Shown: positions 39,246 through 52,100 of the stretch, one piece after another | Layout: each line of letters opens with the position of its first letter | Numbering within the stretch: the stretch's first letter is position 1 | From: Hemiscyllium ocellatum | Lineage: Eukaryota | Length of the DNA stretch: 64,000 nucleotides | Direction: 5' to 3' | Assembly (NCBI RefSeq): GCF_020745735.1 | Contig: NC_083407.1 | Coordinates: forward strand, 68,377,857 to 68,441,856 | Notes under the pieces: generated by a model | The model's input: only the letters and a program-made list of their open reading frames with translations | What the model was told of the DNA's origin: nothing | Database searches by the model: none | Program-made: the position numbers and the translations under genes

Positions 39246-41453
39246 AACAGAGATGTAATTAAAATTCAGATAACTAAGCAAAGGACTGCAATGTACTAAC
39301 AATTTTATTAAAACGGCAAAATGGATCGAAATGAATTCAGGATAACAGAAGAAGACAAAATATACGACACACAACGAGAACAAAACAGTTAGAACAGAAA
39401 AGAAAAACATTGACTTGTTTCTAAAAGGAACAGCTGAAATGTGCACGTGTGCCTGACTGCAACTTTGGAGGCCGCAGATCATAAACCTCATATTTCATTA
39501 GAATGTCAAGTCTTGTATGGCTGAAGGCTTTTTCTAAATGAATAGAAAATCTATTTGTGACGTGATATAGTATCTAGATAAGTCACACGTCCAATGGCTA
39601 TGATGGTTTCTACAGCAATATGTGTTATTTAAATAATGTTGCAGATTAAATATTATATATAGAACACTGACCAATCACTTTCTTGTAATTTCAAGTATAT
39701 TTCACAGTAGGTTATTTTAATACACCTTTTGATCATTTAATTACAGACACAAACAATTTCCGACTTTAAGATATATCTTAGGGAACCTAATTTGGACTAC
39801 AAGATACCATGCCACAATCAAAATATCTTGGCTTTTTTGGCGGGACCCCCCACCTCATGCAGACGTGGACTTGTTGGGAACGCTACTCGCAATGTTAATG
39901 CGAACTTGTAAAAGTCTTTGATGAGAGATTGGTTGAAGTAAAATGCATTTTTTTTGTCAAAATAAAGTCACAAATGAATAAGGAATATTTAGGAAGTTGG
40001 TATTAGGGTCTCAAAACAAATAAATCTATACAGAAATAAATTAGAAAATATGAACATTTAAACAGTTTGTGTGCTATCACGTATTTGAACAGCTGTTGCC
40101 ACAGCCAAAGAGCTTGATCTGCGTTGTTTCAAAACAATTGTAATATTATGAACGTTTATTGACGTTAAGAGAGGTTCTGTTAGCAAAGACTAAACCTGCA
40201 CTCATTCGCTGCTTCTTTTGGATTCAGTTTAGGTTAGTTTGACTTTTTTTCTGTCGTACATGTTCCAAAAAGATCATCACATCCAGTTACATGTGCTATT
40301 TTGTTGCAGACTGGTGCCTAAACAAAAGCCGATGTAAGCAGCAGAATGCAGATGTAAAATGCTGACTTGCTCATTTCTCTGTTTTAATTCGAACAAAAAG
40401 ATTGAATAGGTGCTAGTTATACTTTAACTACTTTGCCTGCCCGCTGTCATAAAACAGAAAGATATAACAGAAAGCAGCAGATTCGCTTCACACAAACCTC
40501 TCTTACGTTGAAGAGAAAGAAGGCAACAATGGCGAGGGAACACTTCGTTGGTTTTTCACCTTTTGGAACTGGCCCGATCCATCATGTCCTGTGTAACACT
40601 GTCTAGATCACAGAATAAAACGGTCTGTACCCACAGCAAATGCTGTAGGCAAATAAGCCGCCTGTGACTATGGTATTTTCGTTCTTTTTAAGAAGGGTCT
40701 TTTTGTTTTTCATCATTATATAAGTGGCCTCAACCAGTGAAGCCATCTGGAATAGCACTGTGTGTCCCACCGAAGTCCACTTACATCAAGAATCACTGGG
40801 ACATGTTAAGCGTTTTTGACTTCCAGTGTTGTAGAATAGTAAAACTACAGTGTAAAGCTGATTGTTATCTATATGCTGTGAAATATTTCAGATGATGGAG
40901 ACATTTTATTTCATGTCTGGTATGCAATTACTTATTGTCAAACATCAAAAATAGCGTATTTATGAAGAAAGAATTCCATCTGGTAGGCATTAATCGATTA
41001 GTAATGTATTATGTATTTAAATATTAGTAAACTCCAATGAAGTGTAATGAAAGAGCAAGAAGTCGAACTATAAATGTTTCCAACAATTTGTTTTCAATAA
41101 TCATTTCAAGACTGCATTCACAATTTGAAATTAATTTCTCGGAAATCAAGAAAGCATCAAAATGTAAAATAAGTTGTATTATAAAAGTCTTCCAGAAGTT
41201 GTTCAATAATTTATTCTGAATTTCAGTAACTTATTAATAGTCCCGTAAGGTCAATCACAGATTTGCAGAAGGAGGGGAAACCTATTCTTCTAACAACGTA
41301 TAATGGGACTTTATGGATTGGATGCGACTTTTATGTTGTACACTCTGAATTAGGAGTTCCTAATGTTTTACATTATTGTCTTTTGCCTCGTTAACTAAAG
41401 GACTGCTGCAGACTTGTGATTGGTGGAATAGTGTCACGTGATCGAAAGTGTCA

Positions 41454-44400
41454 ATGCTCTTCGATAAGGGTGTCAAGACCCTATCATTTCGAAATAGCGA
41501 GATGCAAAAAGCGACTTACTACGACAACTCCGGAATATTCGCCGGTTACTCCTACCAAAAGGCTAATGCATACAGCTACAGTTCTAGCCATCAGGCCTAC
41601 CCGCCATCTTCCGTTGAAAATGATTATCAAAGCTCGACGTGCCCCATTCAGACATCTAATGTCAGAGTCCCAAACCATAAACCCACCGATATTAATGGCA
41701 ACTGTATGAGAACAAGCGGCAGCCAGGGCACTGCCCAGCCCCCAAGCATGAATGAGCCACAGCAGCCACCTCCTTTACCACCCTCACCCAATGCAAGCAA
41801 CACCTCAACACAGAAAAGAACCAAGTCATTGTCAAATTCTTCCACCAGCCCAGCTGCTACTCTCACGAAGCAAATCTTTCCATGGATGAAAGAATCTCGT
41901 CAAAATGCCAAGCAGAAAAACAACTGCACAGTTGCAGGTATCCTTCAGCCCTTCGCTTTTTAGATTTTGAATCACGTATTTTGATAATTAAGCAGGAAGG
42001 TTACCAAAACAGTGCACTTAAGTAAGACCATTGCCACCAGTCTGCACAATTTGGAACCGCACTGTGACTCCGTAATTAACACTGCTGCCTCATAGTGCCA
42101 GCGACCCGCGTTCGACTCCATCTACATGACTGTGTGAAGTTTGTACATTCTCCCCATGTTTGCGTGGGTTTCCTCTGGGTGCTCCGCTTTCCTGTCACAG
42201 TCCAAAGATGTGCAGTTTAGTTGGATTGGCCATGTTAAATTGACCATAGTGTCCAGGGATGTTCAGGCTAGGTGAATTATTCATTGGGAATACAGGGTTG
42301 CAGGGAGATGAAATCGGGATAAGTCTGGGCGGATGCCCTTCGGGCAAAGGGGGATGTAGGTGCTGACTCGATGGGTCGAATGGCCTGCTTCCACACTGTA
42401 GAGAATTCTATGATTTATTGCCGTCCATAAGATTGTTGGAGAGAGTTAAGGATCATGACATTTTCAGGGCATCTTCTCAACATTTTGGTGATAATTTATG
42501 AGACATTGAATACTAAGTTACTGCTCTGGGAAGAAAACGAATATCTGAAATATTCGGTTGACTCATCTCTTTCATGCTTAAATATCATGCAACTAAATTG
42601 TAAAAGATGTAATTCTCGCATTTAATCCAAATTAGCTTACTTTTTTCACACTGGACTTTGTTATCAACAGAGTAGAGACTAAGAAAATAGAGTTATTTCA
42701 AAACTTTGTTGGTATCTCACTTAAATATAATTAATTTAGTTGTTCTGATTTCAGTTTATTCTCTCCCTCAGTTACATTTCCTGCAAGTACAGAACTTCGA
42801 GCACCAATGACCTTCAACCCCAGTTTTAAGGTGAAAACAACAAATACTGGAAATCACAACGGGTCAGACAGCATCCATGGAGAGAGAGCAGGCTAACGTT
42901 TCGAGTCTCGATGACACTGCGTCAGAGCTCACTTCCGCTGTGATCTCCAGCATTTGTTGCTTTCAGTACAGATTCCAGCATCTGCAGTAATTTGTTCCTC
43001 CAGTTCTAAGGTAGAGAACCTCACAAATTAGACTAAATACAAAGTCATATAATCATGCAGCACGGGAACAGACCTTTTGGTCCAACTCGTCCGCGTCGCC
43101 ACATATCTTATCCCATTTGCTAGTATTTAGCCATGTCCCTCTAAGTCCTTCATACTCATGTACCCATCCAGATGCCCTTTAAATGCTGTAATTACGTTCA
43201 CCTCCCCAGGCAGCTCGTTCCATACACGCACCACCCTCTGCGTGAAAAGTCTGCCTCTTAGGTTCTTTCTAAATCGTTCTCCGTTCACCTTAAACCGAAG
43301 TACTATAGTTTTGGACTACCCTACCCTGGGAAAAAAGATCTTGGCTATCCATTCCATCCATACCTCTCATGATTTTACGAACCTCTATGGTTATTTTTCA
43401 TTTAAATAGATTCAGGTGAAATGCTTGTTTTATTTTGTTAGTGAAACTTCCGGTGGAAACTCCGAAAAACCAGTCCATAAATTATGAATTCATGAATTAG
43501 GAAAGAGCACTAACAGCCAATACCAAAAGAAAATAAATGACGTACGTGAACGAGCGCCTTTCGAGTCTAGGACGGCGTAAAAAAAACCTTGCCAATGATT
43601 TAATTAAGAAGTGTCGTCAAATGCTTACTTGAGTGTTATTGTAGTTATAGCACATTTCTGTCTGCCATCGACATGTTACCCTTCAGATAGTAACGTATGT
43701 CTTTATATTCAAATAGCCCGGGGAAAGCAAAATAGTAACAGAATCCCTTTGCAGTTATTTCACTAGTTCAGAGTCAAGATAATATGCAGTGGGGTTTCTA
43801 GGCTGGGCGTGCTTGTTTCCAGGTTTATTTTATCGGAACCAACATACTGTTTTCATTTTGTAGGTGACAATTGTGAGGATAAAAGTCCACCAGGTCCATC
43901 TTCCAAGAGAGTCCGTACTGCCTACACCAGCGCACAACTCGTGGAATTGGAAAAGGAATTCCATTTTAATCGTTACTTGTGCCGTCCTCGGCGAGTTGAA
44001 ATGGCAAATTTATTAAACCTGACTGAACGCCAGATTAAAATCTGGTTCCAGAACAGAAGAATGAAATATAAAAAAGACCAAAAATCCAAAGGAATCATGC
44101 ATTCCCCTGTTGGACAGTCTCCAGAGAGAAGTCCACTTTTGAACGCGCAAAATAATATTGGATTCTCAAGTCAGCTCCCTACTGTCAACAGTCTGAGTTA
44201 CGAAGCTCCTTCGCCAACATCATTCACCAAATCCCAACAAAATATGTATGGTTTGGCTGCGTACACTGCTCCACATAGTAGCTGCCTACCCCAGCAAAAA
44301 AGGTACCCAGGCACAGAGTATGATCATCACACTCTGCAGGGCAATGGTAGTTTTACCAATCATAACTTGCAGGGCAGCCCTGTATATGTTGGAGGGAACT

Positions 44401-44612
44401 TTGTTGATTCAATGCCAGCTTCTGGTCCCATGTTCAACCTTAGCCATCTTCCTCATCCTTCATCAGCTACTGTGGACTATAGCTGTGCTGCTCAAATACC
44501 GGGCAATCATCATCATGGACCTTGTGATCCCCATCCTACATATACAGATCTGACTCCTCATCACACATCTCAGGGAAGAATTCAAGAAGCGCCCAAACTA
44601 ACACATCTGTAA
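41454..44612 (+). CDS. HOXD3: Homeobox protein Hox-D3; coding exon 41454-41937 (second ATG 41502), exon 43864-44612; about 410 aa
   Basis: D3-type N-terminal extension MLFDKG...[11 protein letters not shown]; [13 protein letters not shown]; homeodomain [61 protein letters not shown]; PG3 C-terminus [13 protein letters not shown]; phase-1 GT-AG intron. Confidence 0.96.
42058..42415 (+). mobile_element. tRNA-derived V-SINE (HE1-like) in the HoxD3 intron
   Basis: tRNA-like head (actgctgcctcatagtgccagcgacccgcgttcgactcc), V-domain (ttctccccatgtttgcgtgggtttcctctgggtgctcc...tccaaagatgtgc), LINE-derived tail (gatgggtcgaatggcctgcttccacactgta...ttctatgat). Confidence 0.88.
42833..42999. mobile_element. 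Short Penelope-type fold-back insertion with a 13-bp target-site duplication
   Basis: Inverted arms 42833-42862 and 42935-42964; TSD CCAGTT(T/C)TAAGGT at 42820-42832 and 43000-43012; degenerate hammerhead-like motif on the minus strand (CTGACGC...GAAACGTTA). Confidence 0.75.
43044..43388 (-). mobile_element. CR1-clade LINE 3' fragment in the HoxD3 intron
   Basis: The minus strand encodes [13 protein letters not shown], the CR1 ORF2 C-terminal motif, followed by a typical 3' tail. Confidence 0.85.
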
Positions 44613-47512
44613 TGGGCTAGAACGGTTTGCCAAGCGATGTCACTTCGCTTTTTTATTACCTCATTTGTATCAAATATTCTCCTGCTATCAGACTGCCACA
44701 GTATTTGTCCACCATTCACTTTCTACCTGTTACATTGCTTTCCTGTATTCATTTAAGGGTCTACACGTCGACCATGCCTTTCGTTAAGATCCTAGCGTAA
44801 TGCAGAATGCAAATAGAGGAAGAATTGCTTGAAATAGGTGCTCTTAAAGGTAAGACATAATGAAGTCAGTCTTCAGCAACCCTTCTTAATGTGGAATTTA
44901 AAAGACTGGTAATTCTAAACTCCACTTTGGTGGATTCTGACCGTAACTGATCTAACTACCCAGAACTTCAGCTCTGGACTTCTCAGTAATGAACGAACTG
45001 AATTGAGCATCAATAATATGTATTTATTATTTTAAGTCGAAAAGAAAAGAAGATTTTTCTATTACTTATTTATCCTCGTCTTAATGTATTTATGTGAGAT
45101 TTATAGATCTTATACAATCTGACTTTAACCTGTTTGATCCATGTCTGTTACAATCATATTTCTTCCCTTTAGTAAACCTGGGTTGAAACTAGATGAGAGG
45201 ATAGTTTTTTTGAGCAGTTGTATCAGTGGCTGGTGTTTTTAGATTATATAAGGGTTATCTCTGAAAGCAAATTGTAAGTTATGATTGTAGTACATCAAAA
45301 AATATGTGACACTACACAATAGACGACACATTTCTATAAGAATACTTTATTTCAATTGTCTGGTACTATTCCAAAAGATATTTAGAATAAAAATGTGTTC
45401 TTTGAATAAACCCGGAGCCTTTATTTATAAATGCATATGCACCATTCCAGCTGTATGCTTCGCCATCTTGTCTCCTCACTTCTCATTAATACAAGACAAG
45501 CTGACTCCAGCCAATGACTGGAGATGTTCGGCAGAGCTGTGGTCTGATTAAATATATATTATATATGCAAAACAATATATTGCATTTTCTAATGATATGT
45601 TGAAATAATATGAAAAACGTTTGCGACGCTTTTGTATTGTGCTCACCATTATAAGATATAAAACGTAAAGAATCAGGCATATAGAATAATGAAAAGGAAA
45701 AGGCTGGGGTGGGGAGCAATTGTGTAAGTTAGATCGCGATGAAATGTAGTCACCTAGCAAGAGATAAATAAAATAGAGCAAACTAGGATGCATTTTAACT
45801 GATATTATCCATTATTACTTGGTTTGTTTTTTCTCTAAGTTAACGGTCGTTGGAATGTAATATTTCCATTGATAGACATTTAAGGAAAAAGTTAACAGCT
45901 TTTGTTTTCAAAATACACGAAGAACAATCAATCCAATAAAAAAGAGTCAGCATTGCCATAGCAGTTATCTGATAAACACAGGAATAAATCCAAAAATAAA
46001 TCTCAATCTGTTACCGTTATCTTATGAAGACGTCAACACTATTATGTAGAAAACCGTGTTCCGAAGTGCCCCAGTGTCAGGTGCCTGCGACAGGGAGCCT
46101 GGTCCCAGGCATTAGTTGCTGTCTCTCTCCACAGCAGCAGCCCGCAACCCCGACACATGCGGCGCCATTTTGTTTGACAAATAAAGCAGGGGCGCTGAAA
46201 GCCTTCTGGCAACAAAGATATCTCCAAGCCGTCGAAAGTAATGTCATTATTTGAAATAAGGAAGTGGGCCTGAGGGTATCTGAAAACCTCAACAGCTTGA
46301 CGAAGACCACAATCTAAGGTTTTGTTGACGGTTTTAGAGCTTGAAGTCAGCGTACCACTTATAATTTCTCCTCAGTGTAAACTCCTGATTTACTAAAAAT
46401 TCCTGACCATAAGCAAATGCTAAATATGAACGAAGAATTGTTCTAATGCCCCGCACACAGCTTCTTTGATTGTTGCTATTTTAAAGATGCCCATTATGAA
46501 CGCCAACGCCGCAAAGTGGTACAGAACCTTGTTTTGTTAGTACACCACCCACTCGTCAAGGAATGCAAAATGTTGTCTTTCGAATCAGACAGAAGGAGAA
46601 AAAAGTCTAACGCATCAATTCTATGTAGGCCAGAGACCAACTAGCTAGTATTACAAAAAGAAATATAATGATGCATTTTAACTGGGGTTTAATGTTTGTT
46701 AATCGCAAACATTTTGTATTATGTGAGCAGAGCAAAATAGCAAATATTGTGTTTACTAATTTGCCAATAACAGATTACAGAAAGAGCAGCCTTTAGGTTT
46801 TAAACGTCAAGTAACTCACATTCGATGCTCTAAAATGCGGAAAGTTCATAAGTCACAACAGCTGTGCTCAAGGAGAATCCGCGAGATGTTACTTCGCAAA
46901 TATTTAAATCATTGGCTTGTGGGTGTTTATGAAGTCAACAAATAACATATGAACAGGGAGTCATTTGTAAACAGGGCGTGCTGATCCAGATGGAGAAAGT
47001 GAGATGCTACTTGTTCAGAGTGCAAAAAATACACTCCAAGCCATTTCTGAGGGGGTGGAGTTGTAAAAAGTTTACAATATCTGTTTATATTCATGTTAAA
47101 ATCCAGGGACCGTCTGAAAATGATCCTGTTCTACTTGGCATTGGGCCTCGCTGCCAGCTCCTACTGTCCAGGGTGCTGCTCTGACCACAGCTTGTATTCA
47201 TTCTTCCACACCGTAGAACCTTGCGATGATTGTCACAGCTCCGAAGATTAATTGATTTGTCGTTCATTACTCCACGCTACACATATGTAGGCAGGAATCT
47301 AGACTTGAGTGTTCTTTTCTTCTCAGGGCTAAAACCACCCACCAAGTGATGCAGGATGCTTTGTAATAGTACTGTACACTTGCTATCTTGTAGAAATGAC
47401 TTTGTACTACTTCACAGTATAAACATGGCCTGGAGACCACAGGGAAATGCTGCCTACACCTTTATATATTTTATTTCAGAATCATTCAGAAAGCCAGTCG
47501 TATTTTCCACCC

Positions 47513-47545
47513 TTGTCATTGGTTAATGCGATCATGTGACGATAA
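47513..47545 (+). promoter_or_regulatory. HoxD2 proximal promoter (inverted CCAAT + E-box)
   Basis: ATTGG 47518-47522 and CATGTG 47533-47538, about 170 bp before the ATG. Confidence 0.65.
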
Positions 47546-47701
47546 AATCAGCCTCATCTCAACATCGTGTCTGTGTATTCAATAGACATAGTTTAATAAT
47601 AGCACGGTCCCTTAACGTTTGTAATCAGTACATTATATAAATATACATTTTCAAAGAAACTATTTAATAAGCAATTTTCTACCGATTCTGCCTGGGCAGA
47701 A

Positions 47702-49194
47702 ATGAACAACGAGTTTGAGAGAGAGGTTGGTTTTATCAATAGTGAACCATCGCTTGCCGAGTGCCTGACATCCTTTCCTCCTGTTGGCGAGACATTTCAA
47801 AGTTCATCAATCAAGAACTCGACGCTTTCACATTCGACACTGATTCCTCCTCCTTTTGAGCAGAGCTTCAGAAGCTTGGACCATGGTAACACAAACCAAA
47901 ATGAGAAAACGCACACTTCAAAAAGCATTGGTCGGGCCACGTTAGGGGACAAACCTCTGGAATATCCGTGGATGAGAGAAAAGAAAAGCCACAAGAAAAA
48001 ACCTGTCCAAGCAACGGGATCATTCTCATCTTGTTCTTCTAATGAAGGTCAGGTCCATCATATATTTCATTACTTTTTTTTAGGGGGGGAGCGGAGGTCG
48101 TGGTCATATTTGGTGAGCAGAGAATATTTTTTATAAAGGATTACATTTTAAAGCAGTAATAAATGTTTCATTGACTGAAAGATGTCAGACCTGAAAAACG
48201 CACATACCCCAACTATATTCAAAACGTAAACAGTGCTTGCTGGAGCCTACAGAACTCCAGGTATTCTGTGAGTATCAATGACCTGCACATAAGCAAATTC
48301 CAGACATCTGTATCTGTTTTCAGTTGCCCTGCTGGGCCATTTTCTGCTGGAAGCCTTTTGTGTCTAGGAGGCGGCCATTTTATGTTGCTGGATTATTCGC
48401 AAAGATTTGTGATAACTTATCGAAACTTTCCCCTCCTTACTGCAGAAAACGAAGAGGTTAATGAGCCGGACAGTGGGAGCCCTTTTGACAGCTCCAGGAG
48501 ACTACGAACCACTTACACCAACACTCAGTTGTTGGAGCTGGAAAAGGAGTTTCATTATAATCGCTACCTTTGCAGACCACGGAGGGTAGAAATCGCAGCT
48601 CTTCTCGATCTAACAGAAAGGCAAGTCAAAGTCTGGTTTCAGAACAGACGCATGAAACACAAGAGACAAACTCGATTCAAACAAAGCCAAAACACCGATT
48701 CAAAGCGCCATTTTGCTAACAGTGTTAATCAGAATGGGTTTTCCACAAGAGGCTTTGCTGAGACACCTGTAAATAAAACTTTGAATTCGTTAGAGAGCGA
48801 CAAAAATGCTGAGCAAGATATTAGCGATTCTGCTCATCAAGATACATTAAGTGATATCAGCAGTGACCTGCTCACTGTTATTGGCACTTCTCTGATCTGC
48901 ACCGAGGAAACCCATTGTCATTATTTCCCCCAGAGCTCAGATGAAACTGACTCCCTGCTACCTATGCTGAAAAACTGCTCGGCTGGAACAAGTCCTAGCA
49001 GTCCTGAGAGTTTCAGCATCCCATCTCTGGAGGATTTAGACAAAATTACAATCGAACCACGTCTAGATCTGATAGACGAATTACCTCAACTATCTTTGTT
49101 GGAAAACGAGGACACACTAGTTATTCCATCCAACGTATTTGACTTTATAAGTGACAATTTTAACTCCACCGATTTTCAGCAATTGCAGTTTTAG
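47702..49194 (+). CDS. HOXD2: Homeobox protein Hox-D2; exon 1 47702-48047, exon 2 48446-49194; about 364 aa
   Basis: [25 protein letters not shown] (PG2 N-terminus); EYPWMREKK; G|GTCAGG donor and CAG acceptor in phase 1; homeodomain [59 protein letters not shown]; C-terminus DFQQLQF. Confidence 0.92.
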
Positions 49195-52100
49195 ATCGAC
49201 ATCCAATTCACGCGCACATAAGCACTGTTGATATTCTTTAACAGTGATAATTCCAAGAACTATATTACTAAATGGAAAGTCATGGCATTTGTTACATGCC
49301 TACAGATCCTAGAATTTAAGGATCTCCTGCTCATGTGTTCATTCTGCTATGAATCAAATGAAACGAGTCCTGAGAAATTTCATGAAGTGCAAAAAATAAA
49401 GTATTTTCAGTATTTTATTTTAAATAAGGTGAATATTTCAAATATTTACAGATTTTCAAAAACTAATTACACATCTTTAAAATACAATTTATAAAATAGC
49501 TTTGTGTAAAAAATATGAGTTAGCGTGAAAATATGCAAGGAAAGGTAAACATCCAGACACTGCTGATTGCATTCAATTCAATAGTTGAATTGTCTTCGTC
49601 CAAAGTTCCAATCAGCAATATTCCTAGAAAATAAAACAAAAAGATAATCAGCAACCAAACAACACAAGTGATAATAATACCAAGTGAATAAAAACGATTG
49701 CTTATGTCAAAATGTCATTATATACAGGGATATATTGGTTGTCATGGAAAGTGTATTATTAAATTATAGATCATCTTCCACGATTTTCCAACAATGCCTG
49801 CAAACTATTTAATGCTTTAAGAAAATATGGTTTTGATAAACAATAAGACTGGATTTCTCAAACTACGCCATGGGTTTTACTTAAGTTTAAATACTAAAAT
49901 AATTTCAAATATTTAATTAGCTGACATGGAAATTGAAAAGGGAGGCCAACAGGACTGATTATTCACACCCAGAAAAATCAAATTGATCGTTTTTCAGAAA
50001 CTCAGTCATTACAGAAATGGAAAAACTGGTACTAATCACAAGCACACGATGGATGTCATAATTCGGCTGAGGCATAAACCCATAAAAGACGCCATTTTGT
50101 TCAGTCGAATCAAATCCGGGAGCTGAATAAATCAGTGCATTTATATCCTATTTAGAGGAGTTGGAAGGAAGAAAATATCTCTAGCTGCAGCGTTCGAACA
50201 CGGGCGCGGTGGCGAGACCGGTGATGTTATAACTACATCATAAAATATAACAGATCGAGTAATGATGGCCGCTTGAAACACGTATATTTACAATTTTATT
50301 CTACTTGGATTTTATTTAGAAATTCACAATAGGTTATCACTAGCTGTGAAATATTAAGACCCAAAACAATTCGACTAGAATTAGATAGGATATCTGTGTA
50401 AAATTGTCAGCTGCGAAAGATGTTTAAAATCAAGCACATGCTGATGGAAAATTTATTGATATTTAGTTTATATTTACCAGATGACAAGTACTTCATCATG
50501 AAAAAAGTTCCGAATGAATAAATAACTAACTGTAGCAACTGAATAGAGTTAAATGTAATCTGTTGCATAAGATCTATCCTGCTAAACAATTGGCTGCAAT
50601 TTGATCTAAAAGTTCTTGTATTTTAAACCACTTAGCAATTGGATTCACGATGCGGTGAAATCTATTGAGCATGTTATTGCCTTTAAATGGCATATAGAAG
50701 AGAAATAAAATGCATCACAATCTAACCCAGAAATTCACGAGTTCCTTCGAAGGCAAGATGCAATTTATCTTTCTGTTTCATTAAGGGGAATACATGTGCT
50801 TTCCAAACATTTACTTAAGTCTGCTTGCAGCGTCATCAAACAAAGAATAACACTCTATTTTGAAAGAAGTACCTCTATTTCCCTTACACACCCACGCAAA
50901 TTGTGTTAGCAGTTGTTTTTATTGTGTCAGACAAGGATATGTTTCAAAACGCCTAAGTTCCACGTTTGTAATGCCCAATAAATATTTAATTTTTGAATTT
51001 TTTTATTTTATGTACTTCATTTGCAGGGAAAATAGCGTAGTGTGAACTTTCTAAACGTAACTGTCTGCTTTGTTAACATGAGACAAGACAGTGCACTTTA
51101 TGTGCAAAGGCTAGAGGAGTCCTTGCTTTGTCGTTTCGCATTTCAAGATTAAGTGCTGTAATATTAAAATTCCAACGTTTGTATTAGATTTGGTTATTTA
51201 CATGGCGATCTTAAAGCACTTTAGTTCGCATATTCACTCGGATAGTACTATTGAAATTATTAGTTCAGAACATTTTGGTTTAAATCTGTGCAAGAAAAAT
51301 CCAGATCTCGTTTTGAATGCTATACCGAAAATAAGGAACAATTTTCTATTTAGTTATTTATACTAGTCGGCCTCCTTGCCGCTTTATGTTTGCATTCTGA
51401 GGCCTGTCGAATAAGTTATAAGTTCACGTAGTTCTTTCTGCAATTTCATGTGTTGTATTATGGTGCTGCTATGGTGAGGTCATGCCTTCACAATTCAATC
51501 ATAATAACAAGTGACATTTTGACCTTGCATAAATTATGACGTTTATACTATTTCTATTAATACAAAATATTGCACGTTTTCCAAATATTTGAAGCATTCA
51601 GCCGTAAAGGAAGGGTAGGTTTTGTGTTTGTTGTTCCTAGTAATAACCAGCAGCTCTCCAGGAACACTTGAGTAAAGGATCACGTGGTAGCAAGATCAGT
51701 CATCATATTTCATGTTTATGTGAGCAACTGCCTGATATATTTACAGCCAATATTTCCGTTCATTTTGCAAAAGTGATGGCTGCAAAAGTGCAATTGTAAA
51801 TGAAAAGGAAAGCTCATTTGGAATTTGAAACAACGCACGAACAAACAGGGAGTTTTGCTGAAAGACTTGCAGCTCTGTCTGGACGCATAGCTGTCAGTGG
51901 GGTATTGTTAAGAGTTCATCAATCATGAAATCTGCACTTTTCCCTCGACAGCAGTTCCTCCCTCTTTAAGGCAAGCCAAGGCCAGCTGGGATCCCTCCAG
52001 CAACCGCTGCCAAGGCGGACAAATGCAAAAGCGAATCACACACCAGTCTAATCACACCACAGACGATACCTCCTGTATGACTAACCTTCGAGAAATCTGG

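Noticed and set aside
40310-40333. Possible 24-nt 5' UTR micro-exon of HoxD3
   Set aside because: Only generic CAG and GTAAGC signals; too weak without transcript data.
43158-43409. 83-aa ORF in the HoxD3 intron
   Set aside because: Antisense reading of the CR1 fragment.
44565-44585. miR-10 site in the Hox3 coding 3' end
   Set aside because: The sequence is CAGGGAA rather than CAGGGTA, leaving too short a seed match to call.
48268-48445. N-terminal part of the 308-aa ORF as an alternative HoxD2 start
   Set aside because: It begins at GTG inside the intron; the acceptor at 48445 explains the conserved part.
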